From: Telluria sp.
Lineage (GTDB): Bacteria; Pseudomonadota; Gammaproteobacteria; Burkholderiales; Burkholderiaceae_D
Direction of reading: 5' to 3'
Length of the DNA: 64,000 nt
Assembly (NCBI GenBank): GCA_035759315.1
Contig: DASTVB010000074.1
Location: forward strand, 2,195 to 66,194
In this document: one piece after another, positions 52,065-59,939 of the stretch
Layout of the letters: every line of letters begins with the position of its first letter
Position numbering within the stretch: position 1 is the stretch's first letter
Made by a program: the position numbers and the translations under genes
Notes under the pieces: generated by a model
Database searches by the model: none
The model's input: the letters and a program-made list of their open reading frames with translations, nothing else
What the model was told of the DNA's origin: nothing

Positions 52065-55000
52065 TCAGCCGCGTCCCTGGACCAGCGCTTCCACTGCGGC
52101 GATCAGTTCGGTCGGTTCGACCGGCTTGGAAATGTGCGCGAGGAAACCGGCTTCCAGCGCGCGCATGCGGTCTTCGGAACGCGCGAATGCCGTCAGCGCC
52201 AGCGCCGGCACATCGCCGCCACGCTCGGGACCGAGCGCGCGCACGCGCGCCAGCAGTTCGAAGCCGTCCACCCCCGGCATGCCGAGGTCGGACACCATCA
52301 GGTCGGGGCGGCGCGATTCGACGCAGGCCAGCGCTTCGGCCGCATCTGCCGCCATTGTCACTTCGGCATGGCATTCGGACAGGATGCGGTTGATCAGTTC
52401 GCGCGCGTCGCGCTCGTCGTCCACCACCAGCACGTGCACGCCGGACAGGTCGCGCAGCGTCATTTCCGGCGCGCGCGAGGGCCGCGCGAATGCCGGCGCG
52501 CGGTCGGGCCGCGCCACCATCGCATGCGGCTTGGCCAGCGGCAGCGAGATCGTGAAGGCGGAGCCGCGGCCTTCGCCCTCGCTTTCCGCGCGCACGGTGC
52601 CGCCGTGCTGCTCGATCAGGTGCTTGACGATCGACAGGCCCAGGCCCAGGCCACCGTGGCGGCGCGTGGTGGAAGCGTCGCCCTGGCGGAAGCGTTCGAA
52701 CACGTGCGGCAGGAATTCGGGACCGATGCCGGCGCCGCTGTCGCGCACTTCGATTTCGACGTGGCCGCCGACCTGGCGGATCGACAGCGTCACCTGGCCC
52801 TCGTTCGGGGTGAACTTGATCGCGTTCGACAGCAGGTTCCAGATCACCTGCTGCAGGCGCGCCGGGTCGCCCGCGATCGGGCCGGCGTCTTCCTGGTAGT
52901 GCTTTTCGAGGCGGATGTTCTTGGCGTCCAGCGCCGGGCGCACCGTTTCCACCGCCGCGTCGACGAACTGCGGCGCGGCCACGGTGCGCATGTCGAGCAG
53001 TACCTTGCCGGAGGTGATGCGGCTCATGTCGAGCAGGTCCTCGATCAGCTGGGCCTGCGCGCGCGCGTTGCGCTCGATGGTCTGCAGGCCCTTGGCCAGG
53101 TCTTCCGGGCCGCGGCTGCCGCGCCGCAGCACCTGCGCCCAGCCCAGGATCGAGGACAAGGGGGTGCGCAGTTCGTGCGACAGCGTGGCCAGGAATTCGT
53201 CCTTCATGTTGCTGGCGCGTTCAGCCTCGGCGCGCAGCAGGCGCTCGTTTTCCAGCATCACATTGCGTTCTTCCGCCGCGCGCTGGGCTTCCTCGTACAG
53301 GCGGGTATTGTCGATCGCGACCGCGGCCTGCGCCGCGATGCCCGACAGGATCCGTTCCGAGCGCGAGGTGAAGATGCCGGGTTCCGGGTGGCCGAAGAAC
53401 ATGCTGCCCAGGACCTCGCCGGAGCGCGACTTGACCGGCACCGCCAGGTAGCTGCGCACCGGCGGGTGTAGCGGCGGCAGGCCGTTGTACGGCGGGTTCT
53501 GGCCGTAGCGCTCGTCCTGCAGCACGTCGTCGATGCGCACGATGGCTTCGCCGTGCAGGCTGGGCCCGAACAGGGCGGTGGCGCGAGGATGGCCGAACTG
53601 GTCGAACTCCGAAGCGCTCACGCCCGACACCACGAACATATTGAGCGACTCGGGGCCATGGTAGAAGAAGGCGCCCATGCGCGCGCCGCTGATGTCGGTG
53701 GCCGCGTCGGTCACGGTCTGCAGCAGCGAGCGCAGGTCGCGGTGCGAGGCCAGCGCCGCGCCGGTGCTGTTGAGCAGCTCCAGCACGTTCGATTCGTCGC
53801 GCAGCGCCTGCTGCACGCGCTTGACCTGGTCGACGTCGGTGTTGGTGCCGAACCAGTGCACCACGTGGCCGTGGCGGTCGCGCACCGGGTTCACGCGCGT
53901 GAGGAACCAGCGGAACTGGCCGTCCGCGCCGCGCATCGGGTACTCCATCTCGAACGGCGCGCCGGTGCGCAGCGACTCGCGCCAGCGCGACAGCATCTGC
54001 GGCAGCACCGCCGGGTCGTGCACCTTTTGCCAGCCCCAGCCCAGCATGTCGTTGGGCGTGGTGCCGGTGTATTCGTACCAGCGCTCGTTGTACCAGACGA
54101 TGTAGCCGTCGGCGTTGGCCATCCAGGCCAGCTGCGGGATCGAATTGGCCAGCGCGCGCAGCACTTCCTCGCTCTGGCGCAGCGAATCCTCGGCGCTCTT
54201 GCGGGTGCTGATGTCCTGCACCACGCCGCTCATGGTGCGCGACTGCCCGTCTTCCTCGGATCCGGTGCGGCCCACCACCGAAATCCACAGCGGCGCGCCG
54301 CGTTCGCGTTCGAGCCGGCATTCGATGTCGAGGTCGGTGCGGTCGGCGAAGGCGCGCATGAATTCTTCGCGCACCATGTCGCGGTCCTCGTCGCAGATGC
54401 AGTTGCGCAGCTGTTCCCATGGCAGCGGGACGTCGGCCGGCAGGCCGAAGATTTCGGCGGCGCGGGTGCCGAGCACCAGGCGGTCGCTGGCGCCATCCCA
54501 GCTCCAGTCGCCGAGGCGGCCGGCGGCCAGTGCGAGCTGGAGGCGGTTCGAGCTTTCGATCAGGGCGCGCTCGTCCTGCTTGCGCTGGGTGACGTCGCGC
54601 ACGAACAGGGTCATCCCTTCGGGCGAAGGGTAGGCGCGCACCTCCAGCCAGCGGCGCACGGCGTCGTAGAAGAATTCGAAGCAGACCGCCTCGCCGGTGC
54701 GCGCGGCATGGTCCAGGCGCGACTCGACGATGGTCGACCCCAGGGTCGGCAGTTCGTCCCAGATCACCCTGCCGATCAGGCCTTCGCGGGTCAGGCCCAG
54801 CGGCTCGGCCAGGTCCAGCGCGCGCTGGTTGACGTAGGTGATGCGCCAGTTGCGGTCGAGAATGCAAAAGCCGTCGGTGAGCGCCTCCAGCATGCGTTCC
54901 ATGCGCTCGTGGCTTTCGCGCAGCGCTTCCTGGGCTTCGTGCAGGTCGCGTTCGCTGCGTTCGCGCGCCCCGAGCGCATTGCCGGCCGTGCGCAGCGCCA

Positions 55001-55106
55001 GCGAGCGCAGCACGTCAGGGTCCTTGCCGGGTTGGCGCGGCACGGTCTCAGCCCCCCGATCCGCGGTGCGGGCCGGCCGGCCCGGGCACTGCGGATGGAC
55101 GCACAC
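52065..55106 (-). CDS. Multi-PAS / GAF hybrid histidine kinase with C-terminal REC
   Basis: Several PAS modules (..WRITYVNQRA.., ..GYIVWYNERWYEYTG..), GAF, H-box SHELRTPLSSI, NAIKFTP, DSGAGI, GLGLGLSIV, REC (VLVVDDERDA, LMVSDLGMPGVDG). The start codon is uncertain. Confidence 0.85.
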   Translation of the reverse strand: MCVHPQCPGRPARTADRGAETVPRQPGKDPDVLRSLALRTAGNALGARERSERDLHEAQEALRESHERMERMLEALTDGFCILDRNWRITYVNQRALDLAEPLGLTREGLIGRVIWDELPTLGSTIVESRLDHAARTGEAVCFEFFYDAVRRWLEVRAYPSPEGMTLFVRDVTQRKQDERALIESSNRLQLALAAGRLGDWSWDGASDRLVLGTRAAEIFGLPADVPLPWEQLRNCICDEDRDMVREEFMRAFADRTDLDIECRLERERGAPLWISVVGRTGSEEDGQSRTMSGVVQDISTRKSAEDSLRQSEEVLRALANSIPQLAWMANADGYIVWYNERWYEYTGTTPNDMLGWGWQKVHDPAVLPQMLSRWRESLRTGAPFEMEYPMRGADGQFRWFLTRVNPVRDRHGHVVHWFGTNTDVDQVKRVQQALRDESNVLELLNSTGAALASHRDLRSLLQTVTDAATDISGARMGAFFYHGPESLNMFVVSGVSASEFDQFGHPRATALFGPSLHGEAIVRIDDVLQDERYGQNPPYNGLPPLHPPVRSYLAVPVKSRSGEVLGSMFFGHPEPGIFTSRSERILSGIAAQAAVAIDNTRLYEEAQRAAEERNVMLENERLLRAEAERASNMKDEFLATLSHELRTPLSSILGWAQVLRRGSRGPEDLAKGLQTIERNARAQAQLIEDLLDMSRITSGKVLLDMRTVAAPQFVDAAVETVRPALDAKNIRLEKHYQEDAGPIAGDPARLQQVIWNLLSNAIKFTPNEGQVTLSIRQVGGHVEIEVRDSGAGIGPEFLPHVFERFRQGDASTTRRHGGLGLGLSIVKHLIEQHGGTVRAESEGEGRGSAFTISLPLAKPHAMVARPDRAPAFARPSRAPEMTLRDLSGVHVLVVDDERDARELINRILSECHAEVTMAADAAEALACVESRRPDLMVSDLGMPGVDGFELLARVRALGPERGGDVPALALTAFARSEDRMRALEAGFLAHISKPVEPTELIAAVEALVQGRG

Positions 55107-55271
55107 AGCCGCGCAGCGGTCCGGCGGACGGCACGGTTGGCGGCGAAATGTTGTGGACGGGCTCGGTTGTGGTTGGAAGCATCGGGAAACGTTGGTGAAA
55201 GCGTTCCCCGATTCTACTCCGCAGTACCTGCGTTCTCCCGCACGTTAGCGGGATGCGCGAGGGGCATCCCC

Positions 55272-56090
55272 TCAGGCGCGCGCTGCCAGCTGCTCCTGGA
55301 CCTTGCCCAGCACGGCCTGGAGCTGCTCGAGGTCGTAAGGCTTTTGCAGCGAGGTATAAGGAAATTCCACGTGGCGCAGCAGCGCGTCGCCATAGCCGGA
55401 AGCGAAGATCACCTGCAGGCCGTGGTGGCGGGCCATGGCCTGGCGCGCCAGGTCGACCCCGGAAATGCCGGGCAGGCTGACGTCGGTAAACAGCAGGTCG
55501 TGGGGCGCCGCGGCCAGCAGCGGCAAGGCGTCCTCGCCGTGGCTCACGCCCTGGACTTCGTGTCCGAGCGCGCGCAGCATTTCGCATACCAGGTACTGGG
55601 AATCCAGGTTGTCTTCCACTACCACGATGCGCAGGCCGGCGCTGCGGGCCTCGCGCGGGGGCGCGGAGGGCGCCATCGCGCAGACCGCGCCGGCCACCGC
55701 GCCGCTGTCGTCCGCGAGCGGGGTCAGGTAGAGATCCAGGTTGACCATGCTCACGCCGGATTCGCGCACGAAGGGCACCGACAGGCCGCGCTGCACCGAG
55801 CCGTGCCCGTCCAGCGCGCGGTCGAGCGCGTCGCGTGCGCTCGAGAGCGGGGCCGGCCACAGCGCCGGCATGTTGCCGCCGGGCGCACGCACCGAGCGCG
55901 ACGCCGCCAGCGCCGCGTAGGCGTCGTTGTAGACGACGATGCGCTGCTTGCCCCACACCAGGATCGACGGGGCGGGCGAGCCCAGCACCAGGTCGACCGC
56001 CAGCCGCAAAGTGTGGGACCAGCCGTCACGCGGGCCGAGATCGGTCGCGGCCCAGTCGGGGAAAGCGGAGATGCTGCCTGAGTCGGACAT
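55272..56090 (-). CDS. PAS-like sensor domain fused to a receiver domain (single-domain-output response regulator)
   Basis: The N-terminus DWAATDLGPRDGWSHTLRLAVDLVLGS..IVVYNDAY parallels the N-terminal PAS of the 30787 kinase. REC: IVVVEDNLD, LLFTDVSLPGISG, QKPY. Confidence 0.8.
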   Translation of the reverse strand: MSDSGSISAFPDWAATDLGPRDGWSHTLRLAVDLVLGSPAPSILVWGKQRIVVYNDAYAALAASRSVRAPGGNMPALWPAPLSSARDALDRALDGHGSVQRGLSVPFVRESGVSMVNLDLYLTPLADDSGAVAGAVCAMAPSAPPREARSAGLRIVVVEDNLDSQYLVCEMLRALGHEVQGVSHGEDALPLLAAAPHDLLFTDVSLPGISGVDLARQAMARHHGLQVIFASGYGDALLRHVEFPYTSLQKPYDLEQLQAVLGKVQEQLAARA

Positions 56091-56170
56091 GCCGGAATGC
56101 CTGGAAAATGTAGAAGTCCGGCAATGCTACACCAAGCGCCCCGAAGCGCGCGCTACATTTGCGAGCGGGT

Positions 56171-57115
56171 TCAGGCGCCGGGAACGAGGCCCAGCGCGGG
56201 CGCCAGCGCGGGCGCTCGCGTGACGGCGGCGATCGACGGGGCCGGGGCCGGGTCGAGCGCAATGCCGATCGGCGCGGCGGCGCGCGCCGGGAAGAACCGG
56301 CCTTCGAGGAAGGCGGCGATGCGCTGCTGGGCGCCTTCCAGGTAGGGGATGTTCATGTGGTCGGAGTCGGGCACCGTCTCGTCGCCCTCCAGCCGGGCCA
56401 GCTGGGCCACCAGCATGTCGGTGTGCGAATGGGGCACCACGTCGTCGTTGGCCGCGCGCAGCACATAGGTGGGCGCCTTGAGCAGCGAGGCGTACTTGAC
56501 CGATTCGAAGCGGTGGCGCAGCACGTATTCGACCGGCACCGCGCGGAACCGGCGCTTGGCGATGGCCAGGATCGAGTCGTAAGGGGTGACCAGCACCGCC
56601 GAATGCACCGGCCGGTCGCGCGCCACCTGCACCGCGACGCCGGAACCGAGGCTGCGCCCGACCACGGCGATGCGTGCCGGGTCGACGTTGGCGCGCGCCG
56701 CCAGCCAGTCGTACAGGGTGCAGCCGTCCTCGACCATGTGGGCTTCGGCCGGGTCGCCCTGGGATTCGCCATAGCCGCGGTAATTCACCGCCAGCACCGC
56801 CATGCCGGGGAACATGCGGCCGGCATCGCGCGCCACCCAGGACACTTCTTCCGAGCGCCCGCCGAAGTACAGCACGGCGGGGAAGGGCCCGACACCGCGC
56901 GGCGTCATCAGCCAGCCGCACAGGCGGGTGCCGTCGCGCGCGCGCAGTACCACTGCGCGGGTGCGGTGCCCTTTACTGCGCGGGCGGTACACCTCCGGCT
57001 TGACGCAAGGGTTGAACAGCAGCTTGCGCTGGTTGACGGCGACCGCGGCCGTGAGTCCCAGCCACAACAGGCTGGCCAGTCCGGCGACACTGGCTACTTT
57101 GCGCGAATTATCCAT
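56171..57115 (-). CDS. Membrane-anchored alpha/beta hydrolase
   Basis: TM anchor VASVAGLASLLWLGLTAAVAV. Nucleophile elbow GRSLGSG, later ..NDDVVP.. and ..DSDHMN.. (Asp/His candidates). Confidence 0.8.
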   Translation of the reverse strand: MDNSRKVASVAGLASLLWLGLTAAVAVNQRKLLFNPCVKPEVYRPRSKGHRTRAVVLRARDGTRLCGWLMTPRGVGPFPAVLYFGGRSEEVSWVARDAGRMFPGMAVLAVNYRGYGESQGDPAEAHMVEDGCTLYDWLAARANVDPARIAVVGRSLGSGVAVQVARDRPVHSAVLVTPYDSILAIAKRRFRAVPVEYVLRHRFESVKYASLLKAPTYVLRAANDDVVPHSHTDMLVAQLARLEGDETVPDSDHMNIPYLEGAQQRIAAFLEGRFFPARAAAPIGIALDPAPAPSIAAVTRAPALAPALGLVPGA

Positions 57116-57212
57116 GGGAGAAATGATGAGCCGCGAAAGCACATCGGTATGTGCGCGCGCGCACAGGGCGTGCGAGTCGGCGCGCATTGCGGCATGCGCG
57201 CAACACCATGGA

Positions 57213-57242
57213 TAAAAAAAAGCCCGCGCGGGGCGCGGGCTT
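57213..57242 (-). terminator. Strong orphan rho-independent terminator (minus strand)
   Basis: On the minus strand, AAGCCCGCGC-CCC-GCGCGGGCTT (10-bp stem) is followed by T8. No annotated minus-strand gene lies upstream of it. Confidence 0.75.
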
Positions 57243-57312
57243 GAATCTATCTCACGGGGAGAATAGAGGAGACAGGGCAATCATGCTGCAATGCAAAAAA
57301 AATCGCAAATTG
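57213..57312 (-). ncRNA. Candidate ~100-nt Fur-controlled small RNA (hypothetical)
   Basis: On the minus strand, a -35 TTGATT (57348-57343), an 18-nt spacer and a -10 CATTAT (57324-57319) overlap a Fur-like box. The transcript would end at the orphan terminator. No homology evidence is available. Confidence 0.3.
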
Positions 57313-57324
57313 ATTTTCATAATG
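57306..57324. promoter_or_regulatory. Fur-box-like site between the hydrolase gene and the second TonB-dependent receptor
   Basis: The minus-strand reading CATTATGAAAATCAATTTG matches the 19-bp Fur consensus at 13 of 19 positions (hand count). It lies 100 nt upstream of ATG 57424. Confidence 0.4.
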
Positions 57325-57423
57325 GACCCGATAGTTTCCGTAAATCAACATAACGTGCATACAGCGCACGATAGGCCCGCACTCATTTTGTTAAAGTTGG
57401 TAAATGTTCTACGATAGCAACAT

Positions 57424-59325
57424 ATGCGAACCCATTTCCCCCGAACCCTGCTGGGCCTGCTGATTGGCGCCGCCTGCGCTGGCGCCGCGGCCCAGACCCC
57501 CCAGCCACTGGCGGACTATTCGCTTGAACAGCTGTCCGAGATCGTCGTCACCTCGGTGGCGCGCCAGGCCACCAGCCTGGCCAGCGCCCCGGTATCGATC
57601 CAGCGCATCTCGGCCCAGCAGATCCGGCGCTCCGGCGCCACCACGCTGCCCGAGGCGCTGCGCATGGCGTCGGCGCTGCACGTGGCGCGCACCGCCGCCG
57701 GCAACTATGTGATTACGGCGCGCGGCTTTTCCTCGACCCTGGAAAACAAGATGCTGGTCATGATCGACGGGCGCAGCGTCTACTCGCCGCTGTTTTCCGG
57801 CGTATTCTGGGACGTCCAGGACGTGCTGCTGGAGGACGTGGATCGGATCGAAGTCATCAGCGGCCCCGGCTCGACCATCTGGGGCGCCAATGCCGTTAAC
57901 GGCGTGATCAACGTGATCACCCGCAGTGCGCGCGACACCCAGGGCGCGTATGCCAGCGTGGCCGCCGGCAGCAGCGAGCGCATGGGCGCGGCGCGCTACG
58001 GCGCAGCGCTGGGCGACGGCGGCAGCTACCGCATCTACGCCAAGTACGGCGAGCACGACGACCTCGAGAACGAAGCCGGCGAGGCGGTGCGCGGCCGCTG
58101 GCACCGCACCCAGGCCGGTTTCCGGACCGACTTCAACGCCGGCGATTTCCAGGCCACGGTATCGGGCGACGCCTATACCGGGCGGCGCGGCAACCGCCTC
58201 GACCCGGACCTCAACCTGTCCGGCAGCAATCTCGGCGCGCGCCTGCAGCGCACCCTGGCGGACGGCTCCGGCCTGCGCCTGCAGGCCTGGTTCGACCACG
58301 TCGAGCGGGGCGAGCCGACCAGTGCCAGCGAAAAACTCGACACCGCCGACCTTGAAGTCCAGCACGACCTCAAACTGGCCGGCCGCCACAACATCTCCTG
58401 GGGCGGCGGCTACCGGCATGCGCGCGACCGCGTGCGCAATGCCGGCACGCTCGAATTCGCGCCGGCCCGCGCCTCGCTGCACTGGGCCAACCTGTTCGCG
58501 CAGGACCAGATGCTGCTCACGCCGGACCTGCAGCTGACCCTGGGCACCCGTTTCGAAAAAACCACCTATACCGGGGTCGAATGGCTGCCGATGGCGCGCC
58601 TGGCCTACCACGCCGGCGGCGACGACCTGCTGTGGCTGGCCGCGACCCGCACCGTGCGCGCGCCGTCGCGCATCGACCGCGACCTGTCGGTACGCAACGC
58701 GCAGCCGGACGGCGTCCCGCGCTACACGATCGAGGCCAACACCGACTTCCGGTCCGAACTGGCGCGCGTGCTGGAGCTTGGCTACCGCAGCGCGCGCGGG
58801 CCGCGTTTCACCTATGTCGTGGTCGGCTATCACGCCTGGTACGACGACCTGCGCACGCTCGAGCCGCGCGCCGGCCGCGGGGCCGTGTTCGCCAACATGG
58901 GCGAGGGCCGCACCTATGGCCTCGAAGTGCGCGGCCGCTGGCAGGTGACGCCGCACTGGGCGCTGAACGGCGGCGGCATTGTCCAGCACGCCGAGTTCTG
59001 GCGCAAGCCGGGCAGCCTGGCGTCGCTGGCGAACGGCCTGGCCGCGAACGACCCGCGCAGCTACTGGCGCCTGCATTCGGCGCACGAGCTGGGACACGGA
59101 ATCGAACTCGACCTGGAACTGCGGCGCGTCGCGCGTTTGCCTCAACCGGCTGTGCCGTCGTATCATGAGCTCGACGTGCGCCTCGCGTGGAATGCCGCTC
59201 CCGGATTGGAGGCGTCCATAACCGGGCGCAACCTGCTGCATAGCGAGCATCCCGAATTCGGGCCGGCCGCGACTCGGCAGCTGGTGGGCCGTTCGGTCTT
59301 GTTCAATTTGTCGTGGCGCCACTGA
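57424..59325 (+). CDS. TonB-dependent receptor (plug + barrel)
   Basis: Signal peptide and plug motifs (VVTSVARQATSLASAPVSIQRIS, TLPEALR, GFSSTLENKMLVMIDGRSVYSP, IEVISGPGSTIWGANAVNGVINVITR). Confidence 0.9.
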   Translation: MRTHFPRTLLGLLIGAACAGAAAQTPQPLADYSLEQLSEIVVTSVARQATSLASAPVSIQRISAQQIRRSGATTLPEALRMASALHVARTAAGNYVITARGFSSTLENKMLVMIDGRSVYSPLFSGVFWDVQDVLLEDVDRIEVISGPGSTIWGANAVNGVINVITRSARDTQGAYASVAAGSSERMGAARYGAALGDGGSYRIYAKYGEHDDLENEAGEAVRGRWHRTQAGFRTDFNAGDFQATVSGDAYTGRRGNRLDPDLNLSGSNLGARLQRTLADGSGLRLQAWFDHVERGEPTSASEKLDTADLEVQHDLKLAGRHNISWGGGYRHARDRVRNAGTLEFAPARASLHWANLFAQDQMLLTPDLQLTLGTRFEKTTYTGVEWLPMARLAYHAGGDDLLWLAATRTVRAPSRIDRDLSVRNAQPDGVPRYTIEANTDFRSELARVLELGYRSARGPRFTYVVVGYHAWYDDLRTLEPRAGRGAVFANMGEGRTYGLEVRGRWQVTPHWALNGGGIVQHAEFWRKPGSLASLANGLAANDPRSYWRLHSAHELGHGIELDLELRRVARLPQPAVPSYHELDVRLAWNAAPGLEASITGRNLLHSEHPEFGPAATRQLVGRSVLFNLSWRH

Positions 59326-59333
59326 ACGGGTTT

Positions 59334-59939
59334 ATGCGCACAGACCGCACTGCTTTGCCATACTTGCAGGCACGCCGCTACCTCGGCGTGGCGATGGTCG
59401 CGCTTGCCTGCCTGGCCGCGCTGATGGCGGTTTCGCCCACGGTCCAGGCGCAGGCCGGATCGGGCGCGGCCCGCAACCTCGAGCGCAGCGTCAAGGCCGC
59501 CTTCCTGTACAAATTCCTCGGCTATACCGAATTCCCGTCCGCCGCCTTCAGCGACCCGTCCGCCCCGATCGTGATCGGCGTGGTCGACGCCGACGATATG
59601 GCGTCCGAATTGTCGCGCATCGTGGCCGGGCGCACAGTCGGCACCCGCCCGATCGTCGTACGCTCGATGAAAGAGGGCGAGTCGGCGGCTGGCGTGCACC
59701 TGCTGTTCCTGTCCTCCACCGCGACCGCGAGCGCCGCGCGCATGTCGAAGGGCCAGCAGCCGCTGCTGCTGGTGACCGAATCGGACAGTGGCATCGCGCA
59801 GGGCAGCGTGATCAACTTCCGCATCATCGACCAGCGGGTCCGGTTCGACGTATCGCTGGAAGCGGCCGACAAACATAACGTGAAACTCAGTTCACGCCTG
59901 CTGACAGTAGCGCACCAGGTCCACAAGGGAGTTAATTGA
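59334..59939 (+). CDS. YfiR-family (DUF4154) periplasmic protein
   Basis: Signal peptide ..MVALACLAALMAVSPTVQAQA, then VKAAFLYKFLGYTEFP..., IVIGVV..., LLFLS..., LLVTES..., INF....RVRFDVSL. This is the typical YfiR pattern. The start could also be 59313 or 59394. Confidence 0.8.
   Translation: MRTDRTALPYLQARRYLGVAMVALACLAALMAVSPTVQAQAGSGAARNLERSVKAAFLYKFLGYTEFPSAAFSDPSAPIVIGVVDADDMASELSRIVAGRTVGTRPIVVRSMKEGESAAGVHLLFLSSTATASAARMSKGQQPLLLVTESDSGIAQGSVINFRIIDQRVRFDVSLEAADKHNVKLSSRLLTVAHQVHKGVN

Noticed and set aside
57252-57318. 22-codon minus-strand ORF (MKINLRFFLHCSMIALSPLFSP) as the product of the orphan transcription unit.
   Set aside because: It has no ribosome-binding site, and its ATG lies within the best -10 candidate. 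It is kept only as an alternative mentioned under the sRNA finding.
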